Assembly (NCBI GenBank): GCA_016928095.1
Contig: JAFGLL010000043.1
Span: 1-63,514, forward strand
DNA from: Thermoplasmatota archaeon
GTDB lineage: Archaea > Thermoplasmatota > Penumbrarchaeia > Penumbrarchaeales > Penumbrarchaeaceae
Length of the DNA: 63,514 nt
Direction: 5' to 3'
Both the position numbers and the translations under genes were made by a program. How positions within the stretch are numbered: the first letter of the stretch is position 1; the number at the start of each line of letters is the position of its first letter. The notes beneath the pieces are model-generated. The model saw only the letters and a program-made list of their open reading frames with translations. It was not told the origin of the DNA and made no database searches. Shown in pieces: positions 18,460 to 28,696 of this stretch.

Positions 18460-21400
18460 TTATTCTTCCTGGTCGCCGTCCCTGTAGAAATCCCTTTCCA
18501 TACGCTCCTTCTCGTTCCTCCTTCTTCTGTCAAAGGAAAAGAGGACTATCACGAGAAGGACCAAGATAGCAATGGCGAGCAGTATGAAGACCATGATCTT
18601 CAGTGAGGAGACATCGGTTCCGTTCTGACCTTTAGGGTTCGTTCCATCCCTGAACTCCTGAAGGTTGGTCTTGCCATCATTATCGAGGTCCTCATCAGCG
18701 TCGGTGGGGTCATTCGGGTCCAGACCGTTCTTCAACTCCCAGTTGTCAGGCATGCCGTCGCCATCATCGTCCTCATCGCGCTCGTCTCCTTTTCCATCCC
18801 CGTCCATGTCCATGCTCTCGTTGGGGTCTTCGGGGAACCAATCCCTGTCATCTGGAACTCCATCGGAATCCGTATCCACATCCTCCCTGACCATTCCGGT
18901 CGTGAACCCCCATTCGAAAGCCGTTATCGAAGAGCCTTTCATGGAGAGGATCGACCGAGAAAGGTTGACCCTGTAGGTGGTGAGCTCATCAAGAGGTCTC
19001 AATGTCCTGATGCCAAGTGTCATCCGGTAGGGGTCATATACCAGTCCGATAGATACGGGTCTCCCATCAGGGTCTTTTAACTTGACGGTATCGTTCTTCA
19101 GGCTGTCGGGGGCCATCGGTATATCGAAACCGATGATAATGTCCGGCCAGAGGCGGGTGCCTGAACCTTTTGGTGCATTATTCCTGATGGTCGGTATACC
19201 TGCGTCGGACCTTGTGGTGAACTTCAGGTCAAAGCTGCTGGCCTGACCGACCCCGCCTCCATCCAGTTTGGCTCCTCTCTGATCGATGATACCGGGCGTG
19301 AGGACCAAGGTATACCTGCTGGCAAAAAGCAGTAGGCCGTTCGGTCTCCAGAGTATCTGTTTGGAGCCCATTATCGAGATGTCACCGTCGACCTTCTTCT
19401 GGGAACCATCCAGCACGAAGAGGTTCTCCGCGGTAAGGGAGGAGGTAGCGAGGTCATTGTCGAAAGTTATCGTCAATGCAGGGTCCACATAAGCGGTGTC
19501 CCTTCCGCCATCGATAACGACCGAGAGAACCCTCAGATAATCCGTTTGTAATCCTGGGTGAGATACAAGGATGGCCCTGGAATAGACGATTATTGGTGGG
19601 TTGACGCCATCATCGATGGTGGCGTTCAGTGTATACCCACCAGGGGTCAATGATGAAGTGTTCCATACCAGTGACCGTTCCCCTCCAGAGATCATGGTGT
19701 CGCCGGATACCAGGAAGACCTGATCGGAAGGATCGAGGTCGTCATCATAATGGATCGAATACTGTGCCGTATCTTCCGTGTCCGAAGTGAACCATTTGAT
19801 GGTGTATTCTTTGTCGGCCGTGTCTTCTTCCCCATCGGGTTCGATGAAGTCGAAAAAAGGAGGCTGGTTAGGGTCCGTCATCACGTCCAGTGAGTTTGAG
19901 AAGACCTTATTCCCCATCCTGTCCTTTGTCATCAATCTGAATTGATATGATGAATCTGGAGCAAGTCCTTCGAAACGATATTTGCTCTTCACCCGGTCCA
20001 GCACGGCAGCATCATTGATGTTCTCATCCGGTTGCTCCGCACTTCCTTTTCCATAGGTGAGATAGTATCCTTTATATTCCACATCCAGGGAGATGTCCCA
20101 GGAGAGCTCGACCCAAGACCAGCTCTTTGAGGCCACCCTGAGCTGTGGGTCCAATGGGACCAGAGGCATGGCGATGTCCTTGAAAGCCCTTGCTGTATAG
20201 GGGTCAGCGTCCTCGTTGATCCCATTGGACGGGTTGATATCCGTTCGGTGGTCCAGCCAGAAGATCTGAGCCCTATCCTGGAACCCGTGCACGATGACGG
20301 TTTCCCTGAACATCTCCGCATGGTATATTGGATCATTGATGAACATACCAAGATCAATGGAATCGTCCACCACATGGTCCATGGAGACCTTTTCTCCTTC
20401 TCTTGAGATATACCCCGCACGGACCAGGTAGAAATCCCTCAGGTCGATCTCGGACCAAGACAGGCAGAAAGCACCATTGATATATCCTACCCTCGGAGAG
20501 AACTGGTCCGATCTGGTAAGGTTCTCCATTATGGCCGTATACCCGTTAACCATGGACATGTTCCAGGATGGAGATGAGATCCATGCCATTGAATATTTGA
20601 TCCTCCACCCGTCCAGACCCATTTCCTGCCATACCACCATGGCATCCCCCTTCGACGAGAATGCAGCATCCGGAGCTTCCTGTCTGTTACCGTTCGAGGT
20701 CGCTCCGACCTCTATGTTGCCGGCGAAGGTCTGACCGTTGCTTGTATATGAAAAGTAGATATCGGTGTTGAATACACTTCCCAAACCGGTGTTCCTGTGG
20801 TCGACCCATACGATGCCGACCCTCCCTCCCGGAGCGACGGACATCCTGGGGTGCAGTTGATCCTCGTCCGTCTGATCATCATTGACGGTGATCGGATCGC
20901 TGAAGACATTGCCGCCGTCGATCGATCTTGTGAACATTATATCCTTCTGCTGCCCTGAACCCCCGACTCCGGCTTTCTCATTGACGTACACTATGGATAG
21001 GCCGACGGTCGAACTGTATCTTATGAACGGTTCCGTGATCGTACCGTTGATCTTCTCTATAACGATGCTTGGGGTCCACGTCGATCCTGTGTTGTTCGAG
21101 GTGGAGAGCCTGATCGACGGGGTGCCGTCCCGGTCATCAAGCCAGATGCAGTAAAGTACACCACCGCCGTCCACAGCTATCGAGGGGTGAGCAAACTTCT
21201 CTACTGTACCAGGTCCATCGCTCACGATGATATCGTTATTATTGAATTCACCATCACCCCATGATGTTCCGTCCAAGGACTTGGAGAACCTTATCTGGTG
21301 GATGTTCGCCCTGTTGTCCACCCATACTGCGAAGAACCTTCCAGACCCATCCTGTGCGACATCCAGGTCCCACTGCTCGTCCCCCGATGGTTCATAATCC

Positions 21401-21528
21401 TGTATCTCGTAATTGACAGGGTAGTCACCGCTACCTGGAGCTCTGGTGGGAGATGATCCCATGATGGTCATTGCTGATTGGAGTACGAGAATGATGGCCA
21501 ACAGGAACAACATAGCTGAGTTCTTCAT
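18460..21528 (-). CDS. Large type I membrane surface protein (BNR/Asp-box propeller, FN3, SbsA/Big_5-like Ig domains, TSP3-like repeats, TM)
   Basis: Asp-box motifs SLDGTSW, SNNTGSTW, SIDGGNVF; FN3-like GLAPDSSYQF; ITFDND/IGFDIPM Ig domains; DTDSDGVPDDRD.FP.DP.E repeats; C-terminal TM followed by RRRR. Confidence 0.85.
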   Translation of the reverse strand: MKNSAMLFLLAIILVLQSAMTIMGSSPTRAPGSGDYPVNYEIQDYEPSGDEQWDLDVAQDGSGRFFAVWVDNRANIHQIRFSKSLDGTSWGDGEFNNNDIIVSDGPGTVEKFAHPSIAVDGGGVLYCIWLDDRDGTPSIRLSTSNNTGSTWTPSIVIEKINGTITEPFIRYSSTVGLSIVYVNEKAGVGGSGQQKDIMFTRSIDGGNVFSDPITVNDDQTDEDQLHPRMSVAPGGRVGIVWVDHRNTGLGSVFNTDIYFSYTSNGQTFAGNIEVGATSNGNRQEAPDAAFSSKGDAMVVWQEMGLDGWRIKYSMAWISSPSWNMSMVNGYTAIMENLTRSDQFSPRVGYINGAFCLSWSEIDLRDFYLVRAGYISREGEKVSMDHVVDDSIDLGMFINDPIYHAEMFRETVIVHGFQDRAQIFWLDHRTDINPSNGINEDADPYTARAFKDIAMPLVPLDPQLRVASKSWSWVELSWDISLDVEYKGYYLTYGKGSAEQPDENINDAAVLDRVKSKYRFEGLAPDSSYQFRLMTKDRMGNKVFSNSLDVMTDPNQPPFFDFIEPDGEEDTADKEYTIKWFTSDTEDTAQYSIHYDDDLDPSDQVFLVSGDTMISGGERSLVWNTSSLTPGGYTLNATIDDGVNPPIIVYSRAILVSHPGLQTDYLRVLSVVIDGGRDTAYVDPALTITFDNDLATSSLTAENLFVLDGSQKKVDGDISIMGSKQILWRPNGLLLFASRYTLVLTPGIIDQRGAKLDGGGVGQASSFDLKFTTRSDAGIPTIRNNAPKGSGTRLWPDIIIGFDIPMAPDSLKNDTVKLKDPDGRPVSIGLVYDPYRMTLGIRTLRPLDELTTYRVNLSRSILSMKGSSITAFEWGFTTGMVREDVDTDSDGVPDDRDWFPEDPNESMDMDGDGKGDERDEDDDGDGMPDNWELKNGLDPNDPTDADEDLDNDGKTNLQEFRDGTNPKGQNGTDVSSLKIMVFILLAIAILVLLVIVLFSFDRRRRNEKERMERDFYRDGDQEE

Positions 21529-21668
21529 CCATAACACCTTCTGGCTCACCAACCAGATGGTCGGGCCCCACATAAAACCTTATCCTTCATATGTGCAGAT
21601 AAGATCTTGACCATATTGAACGTTGGTGATAGTTAGTTGTCATCGTTTCGATCCTTCTGCTCTATGGC

Positions 21669-23426
21669 CTATGGCGGCAGGACCGGGTCTATGTGTTCCA
21701 GGACCCACCGTTCGGTCTCAAGGTGTTCCTTAAGACCATCTCGGTCAAGCGGCAGTGCTCGGAAAATGGTCGCGGCCCTCTTCTTGCCCACTCCCGGGAG
21801 TGCCTGGAGGTCGCGAAAGGACATCTGATTGATCCTGAAAGGGGTCATGAATCCTGTAACGCTCCTTCCGGAGAACTCGGTCACTGCAACATCGACAAAG
21901 GTTCCGAGATCGACACGGTGCTCGATACCGACAAGGAGGGGATACGATCCTATCTGTCTGCCAAATGTGGTATGACCCGCCACCGTTTCGGTATAGATCC
22001 CTTTTAGAACCCCTCCGATCCCGATCATGTTCCTCAGGAATTGTGGGTCGAACCCTCTCCTGACCTTCTCCTTGAAATCGAGGAATGCCACCCTTAGCTT
22101 TCCCGTAAGGTATCTGGCGATAGGAACCCCGTCATCACCCGGGAACAGGGCCCCCCTGATGTTGATCCTTCTGACAAGAAGTTTCTCGTTCATGACCGAT
22201 CTCAGCAGTTCCAGGTCCTTGGCGAAGCTGCTCGGGGTCTGCTCAGGAAGTCCCCCCAGGAAGTTGATCCCCGGTAGGAGGTGAGGTAGTCCGTTCACTC
22301 CTGTTCGCCCCCCCACCTCGTTCATCATTCTCACGGCAGCAAGGGTCTCATCAGGTCCCGAATTCAGATTGTTGACCTTCCTCACCAGGGGGTCGGAGGA
22401 TTCCAGACCGAGCGCAAGGACGGTTCCAGGTGTGGTGAACCTGACCAAGACCTCTAGAGCCTTCCTTGATAGGTCAGGATGACGGCTGACGACTGCCGGA
22501 TTGGCATTGTCAGTATGGATGATCCCGGTGTCGATCCCCGGTCTTCTGCCTCTTCCGATCGCTCTCTGCACGCCCTTGCCTTCATTGAGCTTCCGCCCAA
22601 CTCCCGACATCATCTCTTCCAGGGCACAAGGGTCAGGAGAAGGGACATCGGACCTTCCTGCCTCGGGGGACATGTAGGATAGCAGGTCCGATTGACCGCC
22701 GATCCTCAGGTTCTCCAGACCGTTGTCAGATAGCTCTCCGACCTCCTCGATGATGTCTTGAGGCTCCCTGAACTGGACGGGTCCCTTCCCCGGTTCCGAG
22801 CAGAAGGAGCAACCTCCCGACAGATATCTTGGACATCCCCTGGAGGTCTCTATCTCTGCAATGAGCGGAGAGGGATGGTCCGGGTGCATCCATATCATAA
22901 AAGCACCTCTCAACAGATGCTCGTTCCATTCCTCCATCGTCCTGTCCCGGTCCCTTAAGGTCCCGGTGGAAGAGAAGCTTTCTCCGAGGACTCCGGGGTC
23001 GCCAAGGCAGGTTTTGACCTCATCATCCCCGGAATGAACGGGTGCAGAGGGACCAACCACCATCACCGCCCTTCCTGCAGCTTCCAACGCAACTTCTCTC
23101 ACCTCCCTCCTGGAGATGGGCATCCCTCTCAGATATCTGCCCGGGACGATACATCCTGTCACTATGAAGGTCCCATCGATCTTCCTGAGCGTCCCTATTC
23201 GCCTGGCGGACCCTCTCATACCTCTCCATTGGTCCACCGTCAGGTATCCTATCTCCTCATGCTCAGCCCCGCCGGAAACCAGGCCTCCGGCAAGCGAGCG
23301 GACGTGCGGTGATATGTAAGGAGGCACTCCCAGTGCAGATGGTTCATCGATGTATCCATCAAGGATCAGGTATTTCCATCCAGGATCGGGTTGACCAGCC
23401 CTCTGGAGGGCCAAAGGTCGGCTCAT
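21669..23426 (-). CDS. Radical SAM protein with TRAM and C-terminal HhH (COG1031-like)
   Basis: DGYIDEPSALGVPPYISP, CPRYLSGGCSFC, GRQIGSYP, LPGVGKKRA HhH. Confidence 0.88.
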   Translation of the reverse strand: MSRPLALQRAGQPDPGWKYLILDGYIDEPSALGVPPYISPHVRSLAGGLVSGGAEHEEIGYLTVDQWRGMRGSARRIGTLRKIDGTFIVTGCIVPGRYLRGMPISRREVREVALEAAGRAVMVVGPSAPVHSGDDEVKTCLGDPGVLGESFSSTGTLRDRDRTMEEWNEHLLRGAFMIWMHPDHPSPLIAEIETSRGCPRYLSGGCSFCSEPGKGPVQFREPQDIIEEVGELSDNGLENLRIGGQSDLLSYMSPEAGRSDVPSPDPCALEEMMSGVGRKLNEGKGVQRAIGRGRRPGIDTGIIHTDNANPAVVSRHPDLSRKALEVLVRFTTPGTVLALGLESSDPLVRKVNNLNSGPDETLAAVRMMNEVGGRTGVNGLPHLLPGINFLGGLPEQTPSSFAKDLELLRSVMNEKLLVRRINIRGALFPGDDGVPIARYLTGKLRVAFLDFKEKVRRGFDPQFLRNMIGIGGVLKGIYTETVAGHTTFGRQIGSYPLLVGIEHRVDLGTFVDVAVTEFSGRSVTGFMTPFRINQMSFRDLQALPGVGKKRAATIFRALPLDRDGLKEHLETERWVLEHIDPVLPP

Positions 23427-23458
23427 ATTGACTGAAAGACCCTTATGCAATTATATCT

Positions 23459-24196
23459 TTGCAGCTCCTTCCAGGGAATATGAGGAGCTTCTCTTCAGGG
23501 TGGTTAATGCAACTGTTCTCGAAGCTTTTCCTTGCCTTCGGGGACCCCTGCTGGTGGCCTGGCGAGACCCCTTTCGAGGTAGCCATCGGTGCCATCCTGA
23601 CTCAAAATACTGCCTGGAGCAACGTCGAGACGGCCATCGGGAACCTGAAGAAGGCCGAGATGCTGGACCCGGCCAAGGTCATCGAATGTTCCCCCGATCG
23701 CCTGGCCGGGCTGATCCATGCAACAGGTTACCACAACCAGAAAACCGAGTATATCAAGGTGATCAGCAATTTCATCGTGGAGGAACTGGGCGGGGATATC
23801 TCATCGCTTTCAAGCTGGGACACCAAGGATGCAAGAACGGCTCTCCTGAGCCTGAAGGGTGTCGGGAACGAGACCGCAGACTCCATTTTATGCTATGCTG
23901 TTCGGAAACCAGTGTTCGTAGTTGATGTCTATACCCTGAGGATATTTGCACGGATGGACCCTCGACCGATCATCGAGATGGACGTCCACGAGCCTTTGGA
24001 CCCGATGGCGGTCCGGTCCGAAATAATGACCTCCCTGAAGGGAGATGCCCTGTTATACAACCGTTTACATGCCCTATTGGTCATATTGGCCAAGGAATAT
24101 TGCAGGAAAAACCCCAAATGTGGAGCATGCCCTGTCCATGATATCTGTCGGACAGGGGTTCGGACAATGGGATCCGCTGAAGGGCCCAACGAATAA
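23459..24196 (+). CDS. Endonuclease III-related HhH-GPD protein with Fe-S cluster motif
   Basis: WWPGETPFEVAIGAILTQNTAW.NV, LKGVGNETADSIL, VVDVY, CRKNPKCGACP...IC; exact start uncertain. Confidence 0.9.
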   Translation: MQLLPGNMRSFSSGWLMQLFSKLFLAFGDPCWWPGETPFEVAIGAILTQNTAWSNVETAIGNLKKAEMLDPAKVIECSPDRLAGLIHATGYHNQKTEYIKVISNFIVEELGGDISSLSSWDTKDARTALLSLKGVGNETADSILCYAVRKPVFVVDVYTLRIFARMDPRPIIEMDVHEPLDPMAVRSEIMTSLKGDALLYNRLHALLVILAKEYCRKNPKCGACPVHDICRTGVRTMGSAEGPNE

Positions 24197-24253
24197 ATGA
24201 AAAATAACAGAAGAGTGTTATATCCTCGGGCCAGGCCCATTCGAGGTAATTTC

Positions 24254-24679
24254 ATGACCATAAAACGGACCGAACTACTATCAGTCGAGGCTAAAAGGGT
24301 CGGGGTCTTGGCCCAGAAGATGAACATCCGTATCGATGTGAACTCCAACGTATCACAGATATATTTGACCGAAGAGGACGAGGCAAGGGTGGACTTCAGG
24401 TTCATGGCCACATACACCGGGTTGGGGACTGTGGGGATGGAGGGTAGGATAATCTTCTCCGGAGGAGCAAGGGAATTGAGCGATCAGTGGTCCGAAACGG
24501 GTAATATGCCGGACAAGGCAGCTCAGGAGATCCATGGAGCGATCATGAAGACATGCATGCCCGTGGCAGTTCTTCTGTCGAGGGAGGTGCAGCTTCCCCC
24601 ACCCATGCCGATGCCACCTGTCAACATCAAGGGAAAGAAGAGGTCCGTCATACCTGCCTCGGGGATGGAAGTGGCCTAG
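24254..24679 (+). CDS. Conserved archaeal hypothetical protein, possible SecB-like fold
   Basis: Four beta strands followed by helices and an LPPP.P.P terminus; GAGGT SD upstream of ATG 24254. Confidence 0.7.
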   Translation: MTIKRTELLSVEAKRVGVLAQKMNIRIDVNSNVSQIYLTEEDEARVDFRFMATYTGLGTVGMEGRIIFSGGARELSDQWSETGNMPDKAAQEIHGAIMKTCMPVAVLLSREVQLPPPMPMPPVNIKGKKRSVIPASGMEVA

Positions 24680-25158
24680 AAGAAGCCGCCCATCCGTCCC
24701 TTGAATTTCCCCTCGACCATCGCCATCTCGATGTCCTCAAGGTCCCTTTTCATGATGGAGATCATTTTAAACCTTAGAACGAAGAACAGCGCCAGGTTCA
24801 GAGAAGCACCGAGGAATCCCACAGCGATCGAGATCAGGAATCCCCCCAGACCCATGAAACGGAAAACGGCCATGGCGATTATGAAGAACTCGAACCAGGA
24901 GATGACGCAGTTGCTGAAAATGGAGGACCATTTAAGGTCGATCTGTATCTTTCTCTTATCCTTTTGAACGGAGACGGTCAGTTTCCTGTTGAGCCCCATG
25001 ATCACCTTGTGGAGGTTGTTCCTCCTCCCCTCCATCGTACCTGAAGGTAGATCGTAATCATCAATATTGAACCTGTACTCGACCATCCTCTCCTTGATCG
25101 CTTCCATCACGTTAGGTATATCCAGTTTGCAGATGTCCTTTTTTATAAGGTCCTTCAT
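24676..25158 (-). CDS. Hypothetical membrane protein (2 TM)
   Basis: ATGA overlap with the upstream gene; two hydrophobic helices near the C-terminus. Confidence 0.7.
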   Translation of the reverse strand: MKDLIKKDICKLDIPNVMEAIKERMVEYRFNIDDYDLPSGTMEGRRNNLHKVIMGLNRKLTVSVQKDKRKIQIDLKWSSIFSNCVISWFEFFIIAMAVFRFMGLGGFLISIAVGFLGASLNLALFFVLRFKMISIMKRDLEDIEMAMVEGKFKGRMGGFF

Positions 25159-25496
25159 GCCTGATCATCCCAGCGTATCAAGATCCGGAGCCCCTTTTTG
25201 ATGCGATCGCCGATCTTTCTTCTGGGGAACAGGGTGACCTTCTCCCCTTCCTTAACACCGAGGTACTTCATGTCCTTCTTCCTCAGGGAGACCCTGCCTC
25301 TGGTCATCATGCTGTCACCGACGAGACGGAGGACGACATTCTTTTCCTCGTGGATGAAGAGGGCCACCTTTCCTTCGTTGAACTCTTCCATCTCGAGTAT
25401 CGATATATGGACCCTGGCTATACCAGAACCGGATATGGGGCTTGCCCTGACCACAAGGTCGATCCCATCCCTCTGCCCTTTTTCCTCGTCCAACAT
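25155..25496 (-). CDS. Small protein resembling a CDC48/VAT N-terminal double-psi beta-barrel
   Basis: LVVRAS..SGSGIARVH...GRVSL....MKYLGVKEGEKVTL pattern; starts 1 nt after the pyrF stop. Confidence 0.6.
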   Translation of the reverse strand: MLDEEKGQRDGIDLVVRASPISGSGIARVHISILEMEEFNEGKVALFIHEEKNVVLRLVGDSMMTRGRVSLRKKDMKYLGVKEGEKVTLFPRRKIGDRIKKGLRILIRWDDQA

Positions 25497-25497
25497 G

Positions 25498-26337
25498 CTA
25501 CCATCTCCTGAGGTCTTTCATTATCCTGTTGATGGATGAAGTGTATTCTCCTACGGCCTTACTGGCCGAGGTGATATAATCAAGGTCACTTTTCAGGAAC
25601 GAGAACATGATACCTCTGGAAACGTTGATGAGCAATCCACCTCCGCAGGGGTCAGTACCATATTGGAGGACCTTGTTCAGGTCCCCTCCCTGAGCACCCA
25701 CACCAGGAACCAGTACGGGCATCTCGAAACCCACCAGGTCCCTGACCATCCTGAGCTCTTCTGGATAGGTCGCACCAATGACAAGACCCAGGTTGCCGTG
25801 TTCGTTCCATCCGGATATCATCCGGGCCATCCTTAAAAAAAGGGGTTCCTCAGGTGACGGCGTGTTCTGGACCTCACCTGCTGCGGGATTGGAGGTCCTG
25901 CAGAGGACGAACACCAGTTTTTCTTTGTGTTCCGAGAACGGTATCACGGCATCCTTGCCCATGTAGGCGTTCACGGTTATGGAGCCAGCCCCGAGCTTTT
26001 CGAAAGCAGCTCGGGCATAAGCTCTCGAGGTGTTACCGATATCTCCTTTCTTGCTATCGAGGATGACCAGAACATCCGGGTATTCCCTGTTGATATAGGA
26101 AATGGTCCTTTCCATGGCCGTTACACCGTCTATCCCCTGAACTTCGTAAAAGGCCTGGTTCAACTTGTAGGCGGCGGCCATGCCCGCTGTGGCATCGATC
26201 AGCTCTCTGTTCCTTTCGAACTGTGGGAGGATACCCTCTCTCAAATGAGGCGGAAACTTCTCCAGGTCCGTGTCCAGACCTATGCAGAGAATGGTTCTTC
26301 TCTCGAGTGAACCAATAAGCTTGTCCTTCCATTGCAT
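25498..26337 (-). CDS. pyrF: Orotidine-5'-phosphate decarboxylase (subfamily 2)
   Basis: LCIGLD, YKLNQAFYE, LDSKKGDIGNT, LVPGVGAQGG, NVSRGI. Confidence 0.95.
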   Translation of the reverse strand: MQWKDKLIGSLERRTILCIGLDTDLEKFPPHLREGILPQFERNRELIDATAGMAAAYKLNQAFYEVQGIDGVTAMERTISYINREYPDVLVILDSKKGDIGNTSRAYARAAFEKLGAGSITVNAYMGKDAVIPFSEHKEKLVFVLCRTSNPAAGEVQNTPSPEEPLFLRMARMISGWNEHGNLGLVIGATYPEELRMVRDLVGFEMPVLVPGVGAQGGDLNKVLQYGTDPCGGGLLINVSRGIMFSFLKSDLDYITSASKAVGEYTSSINRIMKDLRRW

Positions 26338-26424
26338 CGGGTTCGGATTGTGAACGGATTATTATTACTTTGGGGGGAGAATGACCTCGAGAAAGAATAT
26401 CATGTACCAGGACATTGCCTCCTC

Positions 26425-27150
26425 ATGTTGCTCGGCATTGACGAAGCCGGGAGAGGCCCGGTCCTCGGACCAATGGTGATCGGTGGTCTTGTATCGAATG
26501 ATGAGGAGGTCCTCCGGGAGCTTGGTGTCAGGGACTCCAAACTGCTCACACCGATCCGCAGGGAAGCATTGTATCGTGAGCTCGAGGGTTCGTTCTATCA
26601 TTGCCTATTGATCGTTCCAGCATCGGCAATAGACCTCTCCAGATCGATCATGACCCTCAACGATCTCGAGGTGCTATGTTTCTCGTCGGTGGTCCTTTCC
26701 ATCTTGATGGGTAGGGCCTTTCGACACCCGTCTTTGCCAGAGGATGTCGATATCAAGTTGAAGGGGGAGAACATCGGGGTGGACCTGATCATTCTGGACG
26801 CTGCTGATGTGAACGAGAAACGTTACGGGGAGATGGTATCCAGGGAAGTATCGAGGTTCTACGAGGATGGAAGAGAGATCCAATCGATGCACAAGGCTGA
26901 CAGGGACCACCCGGTGGTGGGTGCCGCATCAATAATCGCCAAGGTGATCAGGGATAGGATCATGGTCGAGATATCCAAAGGGGTCGGGGAGGATGTCGGT
27001 AGCGGTTATCCCGGCGACATGACCACAAGGGAGTTCCTGTTCTCATATTACCGTAGGAATGGAACACTTCCTTCCTTCGCCAGGTCATCATGGGATACCT
27101 GCAGGAAGTTGACCTCTGCGAGAGCTCAGAGGACCTTGGGGGACTTTTGA
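26425..27150 (+). CDS. rnhB: Ribonuclease HII
   Basis: GIDEAGRGPVLGPMV, DSK, HKAD...VVGAASIIAKV.RD, GSGYP.D. Confidence 0.95.
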   Translation: MLLGIDEAGRGPVLGPMVIGGLVSNDEEVLRELGVRDSKLLTPIRREALYRELEGSFYHCLLIVPASAIDLSRSIMTLNDLEVLCFSSVVLSILMGRAFRHPSLPEDVDIKLKGENIGVDLIILDAADVNEKRYGEMVSREVSRFYEDGREIQSMHKADRDHPVVGAASIIAKVIRDRIMVEISKGVGEDVGSGYPGDMTTREFLFSYYRRNGTLPSFARSSWDTCRKLTSARAQRTLGDF

Positions 27151-27492
27151 TCCTTTATCGAAAGCAGAACCGGGACGAGGTCCCTTGTCAGGGTAAGGTT
27201 CAGGACCAGTGTTTCCTTCACCTCGTATCGGCTCGATAACAGTTCACGACCGGCACCATGCAATACCGCTACCCACAGGTCTCCGCTGTCCGATAGAGAA
27301 CCGATAAGGTCATCGATGATGTCCAACATTATATTACCTGGATCCCAGTAGATGATGATATCGAAGGTGGACCCCTCCGGGAGTTCCTCACCCCCATCCA
27401 CGATGAAGGTGTCCATGGGGAGGACCTTTTCCAACCAATCCTTGAAGGCCCCGGGGACACCGACAAGTGCGATCTTCCTGCCAGTGTCCATG
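27126..27492 (-). CDS. Hypothetical protein (possibly DUF3052-like)
   Basis: Alpha/beta pattern with FDIII and L...GDLWVA; start uncertain. Confidence 0.55.
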
Positions 27493-27600
27493 TTCACGTT
27501 CCTCAATATGTCCGTCCGGGAACAGAGATAGAACCCTTCCATAACATGGGGTATAGGATAGGAATAATGAAAAACTTGCTGCAGGAAAAGCCGGGTCGGA

Positions 27601-27768
27601 TCATCCGCCCCGGGATTCTTTTGCCTTCATCCTCAGGCCTTTGTATCCGCATTTGCGGCACTGCTGGGCTTTCACAGCGTTCCTGGCATAGCATTTCATG
27701 CAGACCTTTCTGATCAATCTGCGCTTCTCGACTATCGCCCTGATCTCGGGGTCCAAGCTCTTTGCCAT
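27601..27768 (-). CDS. rpl40e: 50S ribosomal protein eL40 (absent from the ORF track)
   Basis: Manual translation [55 protein letters not shown]; GGTGA SD and a TATA box upstream. Confidence 0.95.
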   Translation of the reverse strand: MAKSLDPEIRAIVEKRRLIRKVCMKCYARNAVKAQQCRKCGYKGLRMKAKESRGG

Positions 27769-27835
27769 CAGAATCACCAGGTGTGGGGGCTAAAGAATGG
27801 TCATATATAAAACTTCTTGGAATCCCGATGGTCCC

Positions 27836-28600
27836 TTACCACGGGGCCCCTACCCAATCCTCCAGTGTGCCGGTGTCGATCCTGGTATTGTAGAAGAACT
27901 GCAGGGAGCCTTCCCCGTCGAGGATTATGAACTGCTTCATCTCGAAACCGCCGCCCTCATCGGGTTTTGGTCTGGCCGAGTAATCGAGCCACATCTCGAT
28001 CACATGGCAGTTGTCATATTCTATCTCCACAGAGCTATTGCAGTAGTAGGCATCGTCCATATCGATCCTGACAAGGTTCGATCCATTGTTGTACAACATG
28101 TTCGACACCACCCCTCCCCCAAAAGATATGTGACGGCCGTTGAAGTACAGGCCGGATGCCCTCAGGTCGGGGTCCTCCCCGGACCTCAGTCTTAATACCA
28201 CGACCTTCAAGAGCTTCTCAGTTGCGGAATATCTCATGGTGTAATGTCCGAAGGTATGGGAACCTTCGAGCTCCGTGATATGCCCCGAATAATGGTCCAG
28301 GTTCTCTTTCGATATGTAATTGGCCCTCCCCTCTGCAGGTTTGAACATGGGGATCAGGCCGTTATCCCTGGGAGCCACTTCCAGGATGAGACCTAGGTCC
28401 AGACCTTCTGCTGTTTGGATCATCTGGAGACCTTCTTCATCCTCGGATGTACGTTCCATATCGACCACATAGACATGATCTTGGGAATCTTGTAACCCCT
28501 CCATTTTCAGGTAAAGCAATGTTACCAATGCTCCCATAATGATGATAGCAATCACTAATATGGCGCTTCCGATAACAACAGATATCAGATACTTACCCAT
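27836..28600 (-). CDS. Hypothetical membrane-anchored protein
   Basis: N-terminal TM helix and an acidic beta-rich domain; no family recognised. Confidence 0.7.
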   Translation of the reverse strand: MGKYLISVVIGSAILVIAIIIMGALVTLLYLKMEGLQDSQDHVYVVDMERTSEDEEGLQMIQTAEGLDLGLILEVAPRDNGLIPMFKPAEGRANYISKENLDHYSGHITELEGSHTFGHYTMRYSATEKLLKVVVLRLRSGEDPDLRASGLYFNGRHISFGGGVVSNMLYNNGSNLVRIDMDDAYYCNSSVEIEYDNCHVIEMWLDYSARPKPDEGGGFEMKQFIILDGEGSLQFFYNTRIDTGTLEDWVGAPW

Positions 28601-28696
28601 CCTATCTCCCTATCTGTATCACTATCTGGGTTTATTAAAACTTGCTTTCTATGTCAAGTGGTCTTCCGAAATGGAGGAGGTGCCGTGGGAAGGGCA

